Origin: Tubiluchus corallicola
Lineage: Eukaryota; Animalia; Priapulida
Assembly: GCA_030141605.1 (NCBI GenBank)
Contig: JAQGDQ010000392.1
Span: forward strand, 1-64,000
DNA: 64,000 nucleotides
Direction of reading: 5' to 3'
Each line of letters starts with the position of its first letter. Within the stretch, counting starts at the first letter, position 1. Below the pieces are notes generated by a model. That model was not told the origin of the DNA, ran no database searches, and worked only from the letters and a program-made list of their open reading frames with translations. Below are positions 1 to 13,100 of this stretch, piece by piece. The translations under genes were made by a program, and so were the position numbers.

Positions 1-1998
1 GGTAGATTGGACCAAATATTTGCAAATGAATAATCGTAAGTTTATTCTTTCATTGGTACTGCTGTATTTTGAAAATCATTTGAATTCTGTTGGGATCTCG
101 AGGTACAATGAAATGAGTCGTTCAGTGTAACAGTCAGTATCAAATAGGGTGATCCTGATGGCTTCTCTGATCACGCTTGTCATAGACAACATCAGGTGTA
201 GATATATAAGTGGCCAATTAGCGTCACATTCTTTTTATGGTTATAAGATGCATCGATCATTACGCTTACCCTGATGAAAGCTTGGCATTATGAAGTGAAC
301 TTTAGACTGTCTAACCCGGCATCACTGTTTGACTTAGTTTTTAATACAAACAAACGCCTATTAATTTTGCGGCTGGCGTCACTGCCTGTCTAGGTTCAAA
401 CAATATTTATGCTACACTTTCAAAACGGTGTCTATAAAATGTGTTATAAAATGTTAGGAGAGTGTTTGCTAGGTCATTCTCTTAAAGAGAGTGGACACAT
501 TTTAACCTGCGAAGCTTCTGTCCAGTACACAAAATGCAAGAGAAAATATTCATTGATTTATTAGAAGTTGTTTATTATTTGGCTGAATCATAAGAACAGA
601 ACTGGCGAATAAATGGCCACTGGGAAACAATAATTCCAGTGATCATAATGTGTATAAATAAAAAAAACGAGTAGAAATATACATGTTTACTTAGAATCTG
701 AAAGGTCTAAGTTGTACCCCCTGGAAATCCATGGCATAAAACTTCTGTGATAAAAGCGTACAATGACGACAATAGCTAATAATGACAACGATGATAAATA
801 GATAATGAGCATAGATTACATGTAAACACTGCTGATAAAAAAGTATAACTATTTTTATAATATTTAAAATTACTTTAGCAATTTCATTGCATTTTGTATA
901 ATAGTAATACCCTCATACACATACACACACTTAAAGCATGCATTTGTTTAATTAACAAGTGCAATAGTGTTCGTTTTTAAAAATCCACGATTAAGTGTCG
1001 TAATTTGCACGATTCACTTTACTGCTTTACATAATTTCATTTACTCCTATGTATGTGTAGTAATATTGTTTCAGCAGCTTGCTTGATACCTTTTGTTCCC
1101 CTTATTTAATTCTGATAAATCGAAGCAGGCATTTTTTGACAAGAGCATAATTAACATGTAGAACATAAGTAACCGATATATTAACATGTCTATACAATAT
1201 TTTAAAATCCATTGTCAACATTAAAATGAAATATCTAATTTACAATTAGAAATATCTAGCTATTTCACTTTATTTTACAACTTTTTATACTTCAGTTTCC
1301 AAGATATTTGCGTTAGGTGCACGCAAACGTTAAAATAATTACACGCATGCATAAGTAGTAGATCTGCTAAGTGTAAACTTAATGAATTTCACAATCCAGA
1401 TCTAGTACTGCATTGTTTAAAGCTTTTTAGCAAAATGCTTTAGTTTCTATAGTATAATTACAGTCATTGGCTTGTAATTACACTGACAGGACTTTGTATT
1501 TAGATTTTCATATGGTTTAATTGTGTATTATAATGTCTTGTGTTATCTATGTCTCGTTTTGTAACTTGTGCATGTATATTCAAATTGATTCTTCGTGTCG
1601 TTAATCAACTCCCCAACATTATTACTTTGCGGCACATTGTTTTTGCAGCTGTTAAATTATATTCCTTGTTCATACAGGTATTGTTTTGCTAATCAATAAA
1701 CTCGATTCGTTCATGGACGTTTTGCTTATATTATTACACCTTGGTTAGGGTGTATTGATTATTGCTACCACCTGCAGTACTATGTAGTTATGTTCTCCGT
1801 AACGACAATGTGAACACAGCTATGGTGTTATCCAAAACAGCTATTATAGGGATATACAAATGAATTCATTAATTGGTTATAATATAGACCTCTATGTTGA
1901 GTCATCTTATCTGTAAATTTTTCATAATCAAGGCTGTGATAATGAGGATGTCGTTGCTTAGCATTATCTTGGCTGTTTTGTTTACATCAGTATAGGCG

Positions 1999-3371
1999 TC
2001 AAATATTGGTTGTATCGTCGTGAGTCTCATCTTCACCGACAAGTAAACCATCGCCTAATAGTTTCATTTGATCAGTACGCAAGGGAGCAGCACTGTATTC
2101 CACGTCATAATCCCATTGCATTTTCCTCATAAAATAATTCATGGCAGCATAGAGGGCCAGAATAAATAAAAACATGAAAGCACAATGCCAGGTATAGATC
2201 ATGGTGATCAGTAACATCTCTTTATGGCTGTCTTGATCCCATGGCACGGCATTGGGAATTGGGTTATAAAGGACGAAGCCCACGTGCCAGAACCAGGTAC
2301 CTTGTAACAAGGTAAAGTATGCTCGTGACAGAGCCGCTAAAATGTTGTTCTGATATTTCATCTCCAATACTGTTGCCGCAAAGCAAGCAAAAGCCGTGTA
2401 GTAAAGAAGCACATGGACTTGGATATCCATTGGGTGACGTCCATGAAGGTGCTGATAGAACAACAGAAATTCCATTGCAAACGCCAATGCTCCAGTGACG
2501 TAATCCAAGTTATTAGGTAATGCTGAGCCGTAATAAAGTACTAGTATATCGATGACACCCGACAAACCAAAGAAGAAAAACATCGTGGCATGTTGTGCAT
2601 TACCGTAGTGATAAAACGTGCCATCTTCCATTGCTAAAGCAAAAGAGAGAACATCCTGTATAATAAAGTACTACAAAAAAGCAATTATAATCATATCTTG
2701 TCATAATCATGACAAGTGCAGTAGCAGCAACAATTATAATAACAGCAGGATAGAGAAGACGACGACCACAACGATAATTACTACTGTAATGGTGATTAGT
2801 TTCACACGTTGAAATTATGATGGGTCTCTGGATGGCAGAGAATTTAGGTTAAACAAAACAGATGCATTTTTAGCACCGTAGGCCTAAAACCAGTACTCGA
2901 TTATGCCTTTTTAAACTACGATTTACCTAGCCATGACTATTGACTAGCGTGTTAGTTGAGATCTGTTATTAAAGATAATGATAATGGTAAAGACAAATAC
3001 CAGTACCGATGTCACTTAAATCACTTAATAATAAACCTCAAAATCCCTTTCTTTGAGATTTTTTGGGTTTTTGAGTTGAATACAACGCAGCACAATTGTC
3101 TCTTTCTCTTGTAGTTTGTTTTCTGTGCTTAAGTAATAAGAATACCTGTGGCTATTTCTCCTATCATTCCACCGCCAGCGAATACAATCTTAAGGATTGG
3201 CTCCACAGGTACGTTGGGAGCACAGGTACAGGTAAAAGAGACGGAGCTGCGAAATGGGCGTCCATTCTTTTTCCTAGAGAGTAGATATCGCCAAAGCATT
3301 TGCGTCGTCCACCACAACGCGACGATGAAAAAGAACGTTCCTGGTACGATGTGACCCAAAAATGACCCCAT
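1999..3371 (-). CDS. TMEM45B: Transmembrane protein 45 (TMEM45A/B, DUF716) family, 2 coding exons, ~286 aa
   Basis: Exon1 3371-3146 (MGSFLGHIVPGTFF..., ends phase 1 before GTATTC). Exon2 2633-1999 follows a TTTAG acceptor and the phases join (G+CA=Ala). Family motifs GHIVPGTFF, HATMFFFFGLSG, HLHGR, LQGTWFWHVGFVLY. A vs B paralogue cannot be resolved. Confidence 0.9.
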
Positions 3372-3477
3372 TTCAACACATCACCTATAAATAAGCGAAA
3401 ATAATGTCCCAACGTTAAACGTACTAAAAGCAATCTATGATACCATACTAAATTCCCAAATGCAACTACTATTACTA

Positions 3478-3648
<171 letters not shown>

Positions 3649-4084
3649 CGCTGAAAGTTTTTTATAGTATATAATAACTATATTGACTTCACTAATCATT
3701 TTGTACAGTGCAAAGTGTTGAGGTACCGTACGTGAAGCTGAGACGATTAATGTGACATATGCGTCGGGAGAAAACCCTCGATACGTAGACCTGTTTGCTC
3801 TTCACTTCCGTCACACGTTTACAGTTTAAAGTGCTCTCGTGAAAAGCTTCTAAGGCTTTTTCCGTTGGGCTCATTCTAAGAAGATGGACCATATATATAT
3901 ATATATATATATATATAGTGTTACACAACCAGGAAAGGGACTCCTCGATCTGTCACTAATATTTTCTAAGAAGAGCACACCAATGAAACAAGAGAACTGA
4001 AAGTTCTCTGCTAAACTCACCGCAAAGCGAAATTTCAACTTAGTCCTTGCATTATTGTCGTCAAATTCATTGTGTGCGTAATAA

Positions 4085-4179
4085 ACTACGTATACATACA
4101 CGTTCACACTACGTATACATACACGTTCACACTACGTATACATACACGTTCACACTACGTATACATACACGTTCACACT
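4085..4179. repeat. Minisatellite, 4 perfect copies of 23-bp ACTACGTATACATACACGTTCAC
   Basis: Head-to-tail copies with no spacers. Confidence 0.93.
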
Positions 4180-5059
4180 TATAATTAACGAAAATTCCGA
4201 AAATCCCAACTTGACCTGAATGACCCTAAAGCTAGTAAATGCAATAGAATTTCATTTAGTATTTCCCCTTTGGTTCAAGGGTTGCTTTTCGTAAATAATA
4301 CCGAGTTCCGAACTACAATACAGTGATTGTATATTTACATATGTTAATATTCTAAGTTTCAGTGAGTTCCACATTCCATCTTTCTTCGTCTCAAAGTTAT
4401 CAATGAAATTTAACAGCACGAACGATTCGTTTGAAATCTCCCCCAGTGACAACAGCATCCCTTGAGCCCACTGTGACACTAAAATGAATTAACATCCTCA
4501 GAATAACGTTTCCAGTTCTTTCTCATTGTCATCAAAATAGGAATTTCTCGGAATTCTAAAATAGCAAAAGTAAGTTCATCGTCTGGGTATTTAATAAACT
4601 GTACGCATACAACGTGAGTTTTACTACCCCACACAGTTCATCAAAATACGCATGATCACTTATGCTCTTGATAAACCCTTAATGGAAGTTTCAGTCCAAG
4701 TATGAGAGAGCGTCTCGGGGATTTTGCCTGCACGCACGTAATTGCCGTAATTTTGTTAAGTCACGTATAAAACCTCAGGTGATGTCATAAGTGATAATTT
4801 TATTTTTGTTTATTTGCAGTTTATTACGCTGATTAGCCATTAGCGCTCCTTACTAATAGAAGATCTTGCCAACTCTCACCAGGAAGCTTTCATGTTGTTC
4901 TTGTCTTTTCGAGTCTTAATTCTGATAACAAGCGATATTTCGCTTTATCATGGGATTTCTAAATCATTATCACGACGTCTGACACCTGCCCTGCGAACAG
5001 GTGTGATCGCCTAAGAGTCTGTTTCGATTAGGAAACGCTGTGCAGATCCCTCTGGCACA

Positions 5060-5138
5060 TATCAACATCATCTCCACCATCGTCAGCGTCGCCATTGTCG
5101 TCGTCGTCCTCCTCCTCCTCATTGTCATCATCGTCATT

Positions 5139-5193
<55 letters not shown>

Positions 5194-5290
5194 GTAGCAG
5201 CAGCAGCAGCAGCAGCAACAGCATCATCATCGTCATCACCATCACCATCAAGGTCGTCGGCGTCGTCGTCGCCATCGTGATCATCATAGT
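5060..5290. repeat. (CAT)n/(CAG)n/(CGT)n low-complexity microsatellite tract
   Basis: Directly visible; produces the spurious poly-M/I/S ORFs. Confidence 0.95.
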
Positions 5291-5511
5291 TACCACTATT
5301 ATTGTTAAGGAATGATACCTTTCAAAATGTTACTAATGAGCTAAATTCGCCCCACAGGGCTTTAAATTTCATTTCTTCTCAAACTGCGATCATTGTCAAC
5401 ATCCACGTGAAACGTATAAAATTTATGATGCATTAATAACAAGCCACGCAAAATTTATGTTGTGTCAACACCATATAAATTGCTCGGTAAGCCTGAAATA
5501 TGGGAAATGAA

Positions 5512-5772
5512 TGTAGGTAAAAATAGCACGGGTAAAAATGGCACAGAAAAAATGGTACAAATCCAAAAGTAGGTAAAATGAAACAGGTAAAAATGGCACA
5601 GGGAAAAATGGCACAAATGGAAAAGTAGGTAAAATGGTACAGTTAAAAATGGCACCGGGATTTCCTGTGCCATGTTTACCTACTTTTCTCGTTGTTGTGC
5701 CATTTTTCCTTGTGCCATTTTTTCCTGTGCCATTTTTTCTTGTGCCGTTTTTACCTGCGCCATTTTACCACG
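5512..5772. mobile_element. Foldback/MITE-like palindromic element built from ~15-bp GGTAAAAATGGCAC subrepeats
   Basis: Left arm has tandem (GG)TAAAAATGGCACA units; right arm has their reverse complement (TGTGCCATTTTT) repeated. Centre near 5658. Confidence 0.65.
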
Positions 5773-8700
5773 CACAATGAGCAATGTCTATCTAGATTCT
5801 AGACAGACATTGGAGAAAATACATTTTGTTTGTGACATGTAGAGAGCGTGCGTGCATACAAGACTGTACTAAACGTGCATCTCAGCACATCGGTGATTAA
5901 ATAGGAAAAAATAGAAATAATAGTACTGTACAGAAATTTTTAGCACATTTCACACTAAACAATATTCACATATTCAATATCAAGCGTTAAAAAGCACTTA
6001 CAAACTACTTAAAAACTCAGATTTTCGTTAATTAGACTATCCCTTCGCTTTACACACATTCAGATTATTGCCAATTAACCAACCTGGTGAGATGGCTAAA
6101 CGTGAGGATATCACCTTGACTACCGTCACTAAGCAGAGGAAGCTGGAGCCTCAACAAGGATGGTTAGCAACACTCCTTTAAGCAACTATCTCTTATTATG
6201 TAGCAATGGTATGCCGGTCACGTAGTGTACTGCTCTCATCGCCTCTGAGTCCAAAGTCTGTGTTTGCGCAAATGTACTGCTAGTAATTTTGCCGCTTCCG
6301 TCGTATGCGAGTTTGCCCTATCAATACTCAGCAATGGTAATCTTTCTTATCAGCTTGGCTTTTGGGGCGATGAAGAAGGGCAGAACAGGTAACAACAAAA
6401 ATGCGACAATATTTCACTCTTAGTGGGGTTGCTCCCGAACAGCGCTTTTGACCAACGTCCCAGTTCTGTAGGTAACAATATTAGATAGACCTAAGCAACA
6501 ACTATTAGTAAAGCAATTTCATGCCTTTTGTTTTTAAAACATGTTTATTAAGACGAATTTGTAATATATAATTACAAAGGATTTAGAAATTAGTAGAAAA
6601 TATGATTATAAAGACGTAAAGGACATAAAATGCACCCCTACGCCATACTGTTGACCGGATAAACGTGATTAAAAGATGTTTATAATATTAAAACACAAGA
6701 AAGGGCTCTTCATAAATAATAATAAGTAGTTTATATTGAGCTACATTCTGGTTATACCACAGCCCACAACTAACCACATTAAGTAGGCTCTGCTAAGTGT
6801 GTGTTGGATACTACCTGCAGTACATATAGAAAAGGTACCATTTTTCTATATATATATATATATAAACAAGGTTCTGCAGAAAACATGCAATATATTAATT
6901 TTCTGCACAGTTATACTCTGGTGGTGTTGCACTGCTTAGTGCCATAGGATGCAACTGTGCAACTGCAGGTCTGTAATTTGCAGATTAATGATCAAGGGTT
7001 TCAAGAATACTTGGATAAGAGAAATTGATTTTCGTCAAACCGACGTTGTTCTTAGGTGAATAAAAGACGTCGACGGAGGCAGTAGTTGACTATAATCAAT
7101 TCAATCAATGACAGCATATCAATTGACGACGTCAAAATTTATCTATTAGTTCCGTTATTTCAATGTCTTCATCAAAGTTAAGGCCTATTCAAACTACCCA
7201 GCAAAAGCTCATTTTCCAAGATTTGAATAACCGTAAGATGACAGGGATTGATTGTACCCCTGTACATTTCACACAGCGCGGCAGTGTACTCGTGTAGTGA
7301 AGAGCACCAATCAGCACAATGACATGCAGAGCGAATTAGCATGCACCACAATGCAGCGTGATTTGTCCATGAATCACTGACCTGAAAATTTCGGAAAGCT
7401 ATTGTGATTTAGAAAATGTTTTCTGTAGGTTTCAATTACAAGAAACACCAGTGAATCGTTAAGGTAGATATATGTGCGAGCCGAATGAGTTTTCTAGCTC
7501 CGTATGAAAAATTCCTACGTGGGATTCTTAATGCTTTACTGTTTACCATTTTTTTATGCCTGCAAGACGTGCAGTTTTAACTAATATTGCCACGCACAAG
7601 TTGCTAAGCACGCAAAAATACTAATTATGAAGATACTGATTAAGGTTTGCATAAATGTGAATAGAGCTTACGTGAACAGTGAACTCTACCCTGAATTGAA
7701 GAATAACGCTCCTAGTTAACTGTTTCGTTAAGTAGGTCTCTAAATACATAGGTAATATTGGGAATAATTATAAGATCGAAACAAAACCATGTTCGTCCTC
7801 AGCTGGCTTTATATAAACATTCTTGCAAGATTCACCAAGGGCTCATTCTGAAATATGAATCACGTCCTATCTAAAGTCATTTACATGATCCGATTTTGTC
7901 GCGCAACTAAGTAGGATGTATGGTCGGGCCAGTGTCGAAGAAAAGTCCGATGTTATTTTAATACGGTCCTGATTATAATCGGATTCTGTCGGAAAATCCC
8001 ATCCGACAGGCGGCAGCGTGGAGTTGCGTGCAAATTTAAAAATTTCCGCGTTTCGTTCAGGCTTGGTGATATTTTCAGTGACATAAATAACTGTACCAGG
8101 CATCGAAGACATCTAAGAAAAAACAGATTTCATATCCCCGTTGTTCCAGAGATACATTCTCTGCAGTTATTAGAAAAAGTTTGAAACATAAAGAAAGATA
8201 AATGCAGGTACGAGAGCGGCCACAAAAAGAACACTCGCAGGGGGTATTATTAATTGCCTTCTTCAGGATTTATAGAAACACGATCTGCAGAATTACACAA
8301 AATTCCCTTGGGATATATATCTCCTTGGTCAGCAGTTCAGATGTAGATGACGTAAAAAGTCGTCTCAAGTTCAAATTACGACTATTTATTCACTTACAGC
8401 ATCACCCCTTCTACAAAATAATGTCAATAACAAACAACAACAACTAGGCTAATTAATATAGTTCTATAACATAAACCACTGGGTTTATTCATTTCTGCCT
8501 TATCCAAGTTTAAACATTTTCTAGCTAAGGTACTTTATAGCTAGATAAGTTAGCTGAAATTAGTAATCGTAATTACTTTTATAGTTTAGACCTCTAATAA
8601 ATGTAAACTGTTATTACCTGTTTATTTGATCAGTTCACTACTACCAGCGCCATACTATACGGAACCCTGGTCCTGCTCACCGTATTTTTTGCAATATATA

Positions 8701-10038
8701 TGTAATTCTTCGTGCTCGCTATACACTTATAAGTCTCTCTATAGGCGTTTCAATTTATGTTTTGGACTTTAGCTTCTCGGTCTTATCGATTTTTTTTTTG
8801 AATTGCATTGCCTATGTGTATGTGTTTTTACGTTAATATTAGGTCTATAGGCTGTAACACGAATGCGAAAGATGTTAAAATTCATCATAATTGTTACACC
8901 ACAAAGTCTGAGCAAACGTTGAGCTGACTAGTCGATCGACAAGTCGGATTTTAAATTTTCAAAGTTACAAGATGTCCCACAAAGTCTGTCCGACGCTTCA
9001 AGCGCTACAATACTTTATTCGATTTTGTTATCAAATTTTGACTGGTCGTGTAAACAATTCGTCCCCCTTCATCGGACTCCTTCCGAGAATCTGATTTTAT
9101 TGGACCTTGTGTAAACGGGCATAACACCTTGTAATCCTGTTTCATTTGAAGCTGCTGTATAGCTTCTTTTATTGATAGGACTTGTTTTGCTGCTTTTGCG
9201 TACGTCAAGATTCAATACCGTGATATTGTAATACCCTTTAACTGATATTCAGTCCTTTTCGGTTAGACACACAGAAACGTGCGCGGGATGAAAAATTGTC
9301 CAAGAGATAAAATAGTAGGAGCTACCAAACATTTATATCAAGCGCAGTTGCAGGAACAAGAATAGAATCTACCAGCTATTACTGACGTTGTACTGTTAAG
9401 TGGCGTTTATGTAGCAACCGGGGCTGAGGAATAAATGAAATGAGTTTATAGTGTTTTCAAACGTTCAAAGCGTCCGCTTATCAAACTTGCATTATGCATT
9501 ATTTTTTTCTGCGACTATTTCTTATTGTTTTTATTGCACAAGTCGATAACGCATAAAGTGGCGTTCATGTTGCATCCGAATGCGGATACGTTTTGTGTGG
9601 TGTGGAATAGATAAAATCGGTTTATATTGTCTTCCATGCACCCATTTATGCAGCCTGCGTATGCGTTGTTCTTTTTCTGCAGCTATTCTTATTGATTTTC
9701 TTTCGCAGGACATCCGCGTCCGCATTCGGATGCCACACAAACGTCACTTAACGCGTGCGCATTCTGGATGCTACATAAACGACACTTTATTGCTACAATA
9801 TCAGTTAAGGCTTTAACATTGTAAACTATAACGTAGAAAGGATAAGTAATTAAATTTTTTATTATTATTAATGCAGCTTTGTGATATCGAGCAAGTGCTT
9901 TAAATATTGTGCGGTAATTAAAATTTTTATTTCAGACTTTCATAGTTTTGCGATATCGAGCATCGACGTCGCGGAGAAATGGCTTTTCTAGATTTTGATT
10001 TTTGTTCCAGGCGGCAGGTGTCGCAAAACTGGTAGACT

Positions 10039-10051
10039 GTTGCTTGGCAAC
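10039..10051 (+). promoter_or_regulatory. RFX X-box (GTTGCTTGGCAAC) in the DNAI4/WDR78 proximal promoter
   Basis: Near-palindromic 13-bp X-box ending 74 bp upstream of the predicted ATG (10125) of a motile-cilium gene. RFX X-boxes are established promoter elements of ciliary genes. Confidence 0.75.
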
Positions 10052-10124
10052 ATTCGAGTACTGAACTTGGCGGAAACGTATTTTGTAAAAAAAAATTGGC
10101 AGGAGAAAATACAAACTAATTAAA

Positions 10125-13100
10125 ATGGCAGCACATATAGCTGTTCCAGAAGTCCATAGTGACCCTAAACCGGGCGCTCTGCCTAGAACGTGAGTCATTT
10201 AACGTTTCCTCAGCTTAGCAAAAAGTTTTTTAAATTTTGGCTGACTGTTCTCAGAGAGCAGGAAATGTATTCTACAAGTTTTGTAATACAAAAATGTAAT
10301 CTTGCCTTGAAGATTAATTATTGTGCGCTACCTCCTCTGGGGCCTACTGGAGCCTAGCAGAAACTAAATTTCACGTATATCAGATCATACTATTTTATAG
10401 AGTTCAGTTTCACGCAGATCAGCAGTCAAACAACGATAAATTGCATACTTCGTAAGAGTCCTGGATGACAAACTGAACCATCTTTCTTGGACTGCTTCCA
10501 GTTTCATTATTATTATCATTAACATCATTTTATTTCGAATATACTTTGCATAAGTAATTCATAAAAAAGTGTTAGCAGTCAAGATTATTCACATGATTAG
10601 TAATGCAAATACAACATAACGATAGTAAGAAGAATTAGTGGGGCTAGCATTTTTGATAAAATATATAAGCAGTACAGTTTCTCTCAAATTAACATGTTAC
10701 AATGTAATTTAGAATTGATTGCAGCTGTGCTGTGTTTAAAAAATTAAAATCATTACATTCTAAGCATTTGACCCAGTCTCTAGCCATATTAAAAATAACC
10801 CGTTGGTTTCCTATCAAAGGCCTTTTCCTCACTGATCTCCTTGCTAAAATATTATATCCATTTTCTAACTGATAACTACTACAGTTCAACGTGCAACATA
10901 TATGTCGTAAATTAAAACCCATTGCTGATTTAACAGTAAACAGAGCTTGGTGTGCCACTAACTTAACAATAGTGTTAGTACTTTGTTTACAATAAAAGTA
11001 GTATTTAAGAAATTGTTTATAGCACTTGTTTATACCTGTTAAATGTTGGGTCTACAAAATCACTAGACAAAGAATTTGACACATTATATTCATGACTTTC
11101 TGGATTCCAAGCAAGGCTGGCATACTCCAGAGGTTATCTCACTGTTCTTTTAAACAATGGCATTATAATTTGTGGCAATCTATTTTTAACACATTTATGA
11201 ATAATGCTAATTTTATTGTTTGCTTTTACTATGCACTTATTGATATGATTGTCCCATTGAGCAAAATTTCCTGCTATTTTAGCAACTTTACTTGTAATTG
11301 AAATAAGTCTGGCATCATTGGTGAATTTTAAGTAATCACGATATACTCTCTCGAAAGTAAAGTCTTGATGATTGTTGTAAAAATACCCCGACAGAGTTGT
11401 TGACAAGCAGGCGAAGAGTGATTTCCAATTTGGCTGATGATGCAGATCACTCTTGCACATGTTAAATAATGTATCAGCTTTGCCTCAATGTCATAGATTA
11501 TCTAAGAGTAACTGTTATGTGATTTTCTCAATAAAATTTCAATTTAAGTGAAAATAGGGCAACACAGTGACTATTGCAGCTTCTTCGTAATTCTGAAAAT
11601 TTTATGTCCTCTTATTTGATTTCATTGGACCATTGTTTACTCTGATTTAGAGACTAACATATGCAGTGCAATGCAATGGGGATTTTGAATTATTAATCAT
11701 CAACTAAGGGCTGCGGTTACTAAGCAGTCACATCAAATAGTAATTCCTAGTACGTATAGTATGAAACTTTCTAAGCAAAGTGCAATTAAATGTTTTTCAT
11801 CATAAATGCAACTTTGACACAGCTCTGCTGTCTTACAAGTGAAGCCGTAAAATGTAACGGAACTGGTGCTGAATGCTAAATTATCACTAACTTTTTTTAA
11901 TTAAGAACTCGTAATAATGTTTAAATGTGACTTTTAATCTGATATGAGTCGTTCGTCATTTTTCTTGTGAAATAATTACCTTTTCCTTTTCAGCACCAAG
12001 AAACAACAATGGTAATTCATTTTAAGGCTTAGGCATCCATTTTCCCACTTTCAAATTTTTCTTTTGAAAAATTTTGTCATCTAAGAGCACATTGCACATA
12101 CTATTCTCTTGATGTCTTACAAAATCAGCATGATGTTTATTCTAAATGTTGCACAAGTGACTTTGAGTTATGGTTGTTATCATGTTTATATGTTGTGTTT
12201 TGTGTTTTTTGAGAATTCAAACAGTTTAAGTGGCATCCTTCTCATCCTACGAGAGGGGCTCCCAACATGAGTGAAATCTAGATCATAATGTCTCATTCTG
12301 TCATCAAGAATCTTCAATCAAGATTCATTTTTTCATTGAAGTGAATATTTGTTAACTCAGTTGATGAATTTTATTCTATACCAGAACTAATGCATCACAA
12401 CATTACTATTTTATTTGCATTGCTTATACTCAAAATCTGTTAAACTGAGTTTTATGAACATGTATAATTTGCTCAATTCAGGTTTAGTGAGTCAAAAGCT
12501 TGAATATTTTTAGTTCAGTTTATTCACTCAGTCATAAAAGTCTTAAATTAGTTACTAGAAATTAGACTTTTTCATCTTCAGACTAACAGAACACTTGCAT
12601 GTGGTGCTAAAATCAATCAAACGTTTTCTAAAGACTGCACTGCATGGGAAACAGTGAGAACCACTCTGCTAAGTAGATGTATTCTGATATCTAGATAAAT
12701 TTAAATATCAACACTGATGTTTTTAAAAGCATTTTGGAGTGAAATCTGTGCTATTTTTCACAATTATCCCAGATGGTTACCAAAATGTTTCTTTTTTAAG
12801 CAGCTGTAGGCCCAAGAGTTAAATCTAAGGTAGGACATGATTTACATCAGCAATTGTTACATTATGAATAAGTTGTATAATCTAACTACTATGTATGAAT
12901 AATGGCAAAACAGTTTTGAAAGAAGTGAACATCAATTTTGTAAATAATAATATATAGCATTAATAAATAACTTATTAGTGCTGATATTATTATAACTTAT
13001 TTATCTTTGATTGTATATTATTTTGTAGCTCAGTGCACAATGATTATGTACACGTATAAATTAATTAGTGCAGTCCATCAACTAGCCAAACAATGAAGAT

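Noticed and set aside
4085-4179. CRISPR-like 23-bp repeats
   Set aside because: No spacers, eukaryotic context, no cas genes; a simple minisatellite.
4497-4960. Small minus-strand exon candidates upstream of TMEM45
   Set aside because: Splice-like signals exist, but no start exon or consistent multi-exon ORF could be assembled.
7870-9770. Degenerate inverted repeats (7870-9123; 9573-9732)
   Set aside because: Probably old MITE remnants, but termini and TSDs cannot be defined by eye.
12801-12829. Second candidate DNAI4 microexon
   Set aside because: Contains TAA in the phase-2 frame needed between exons 1 and 2.
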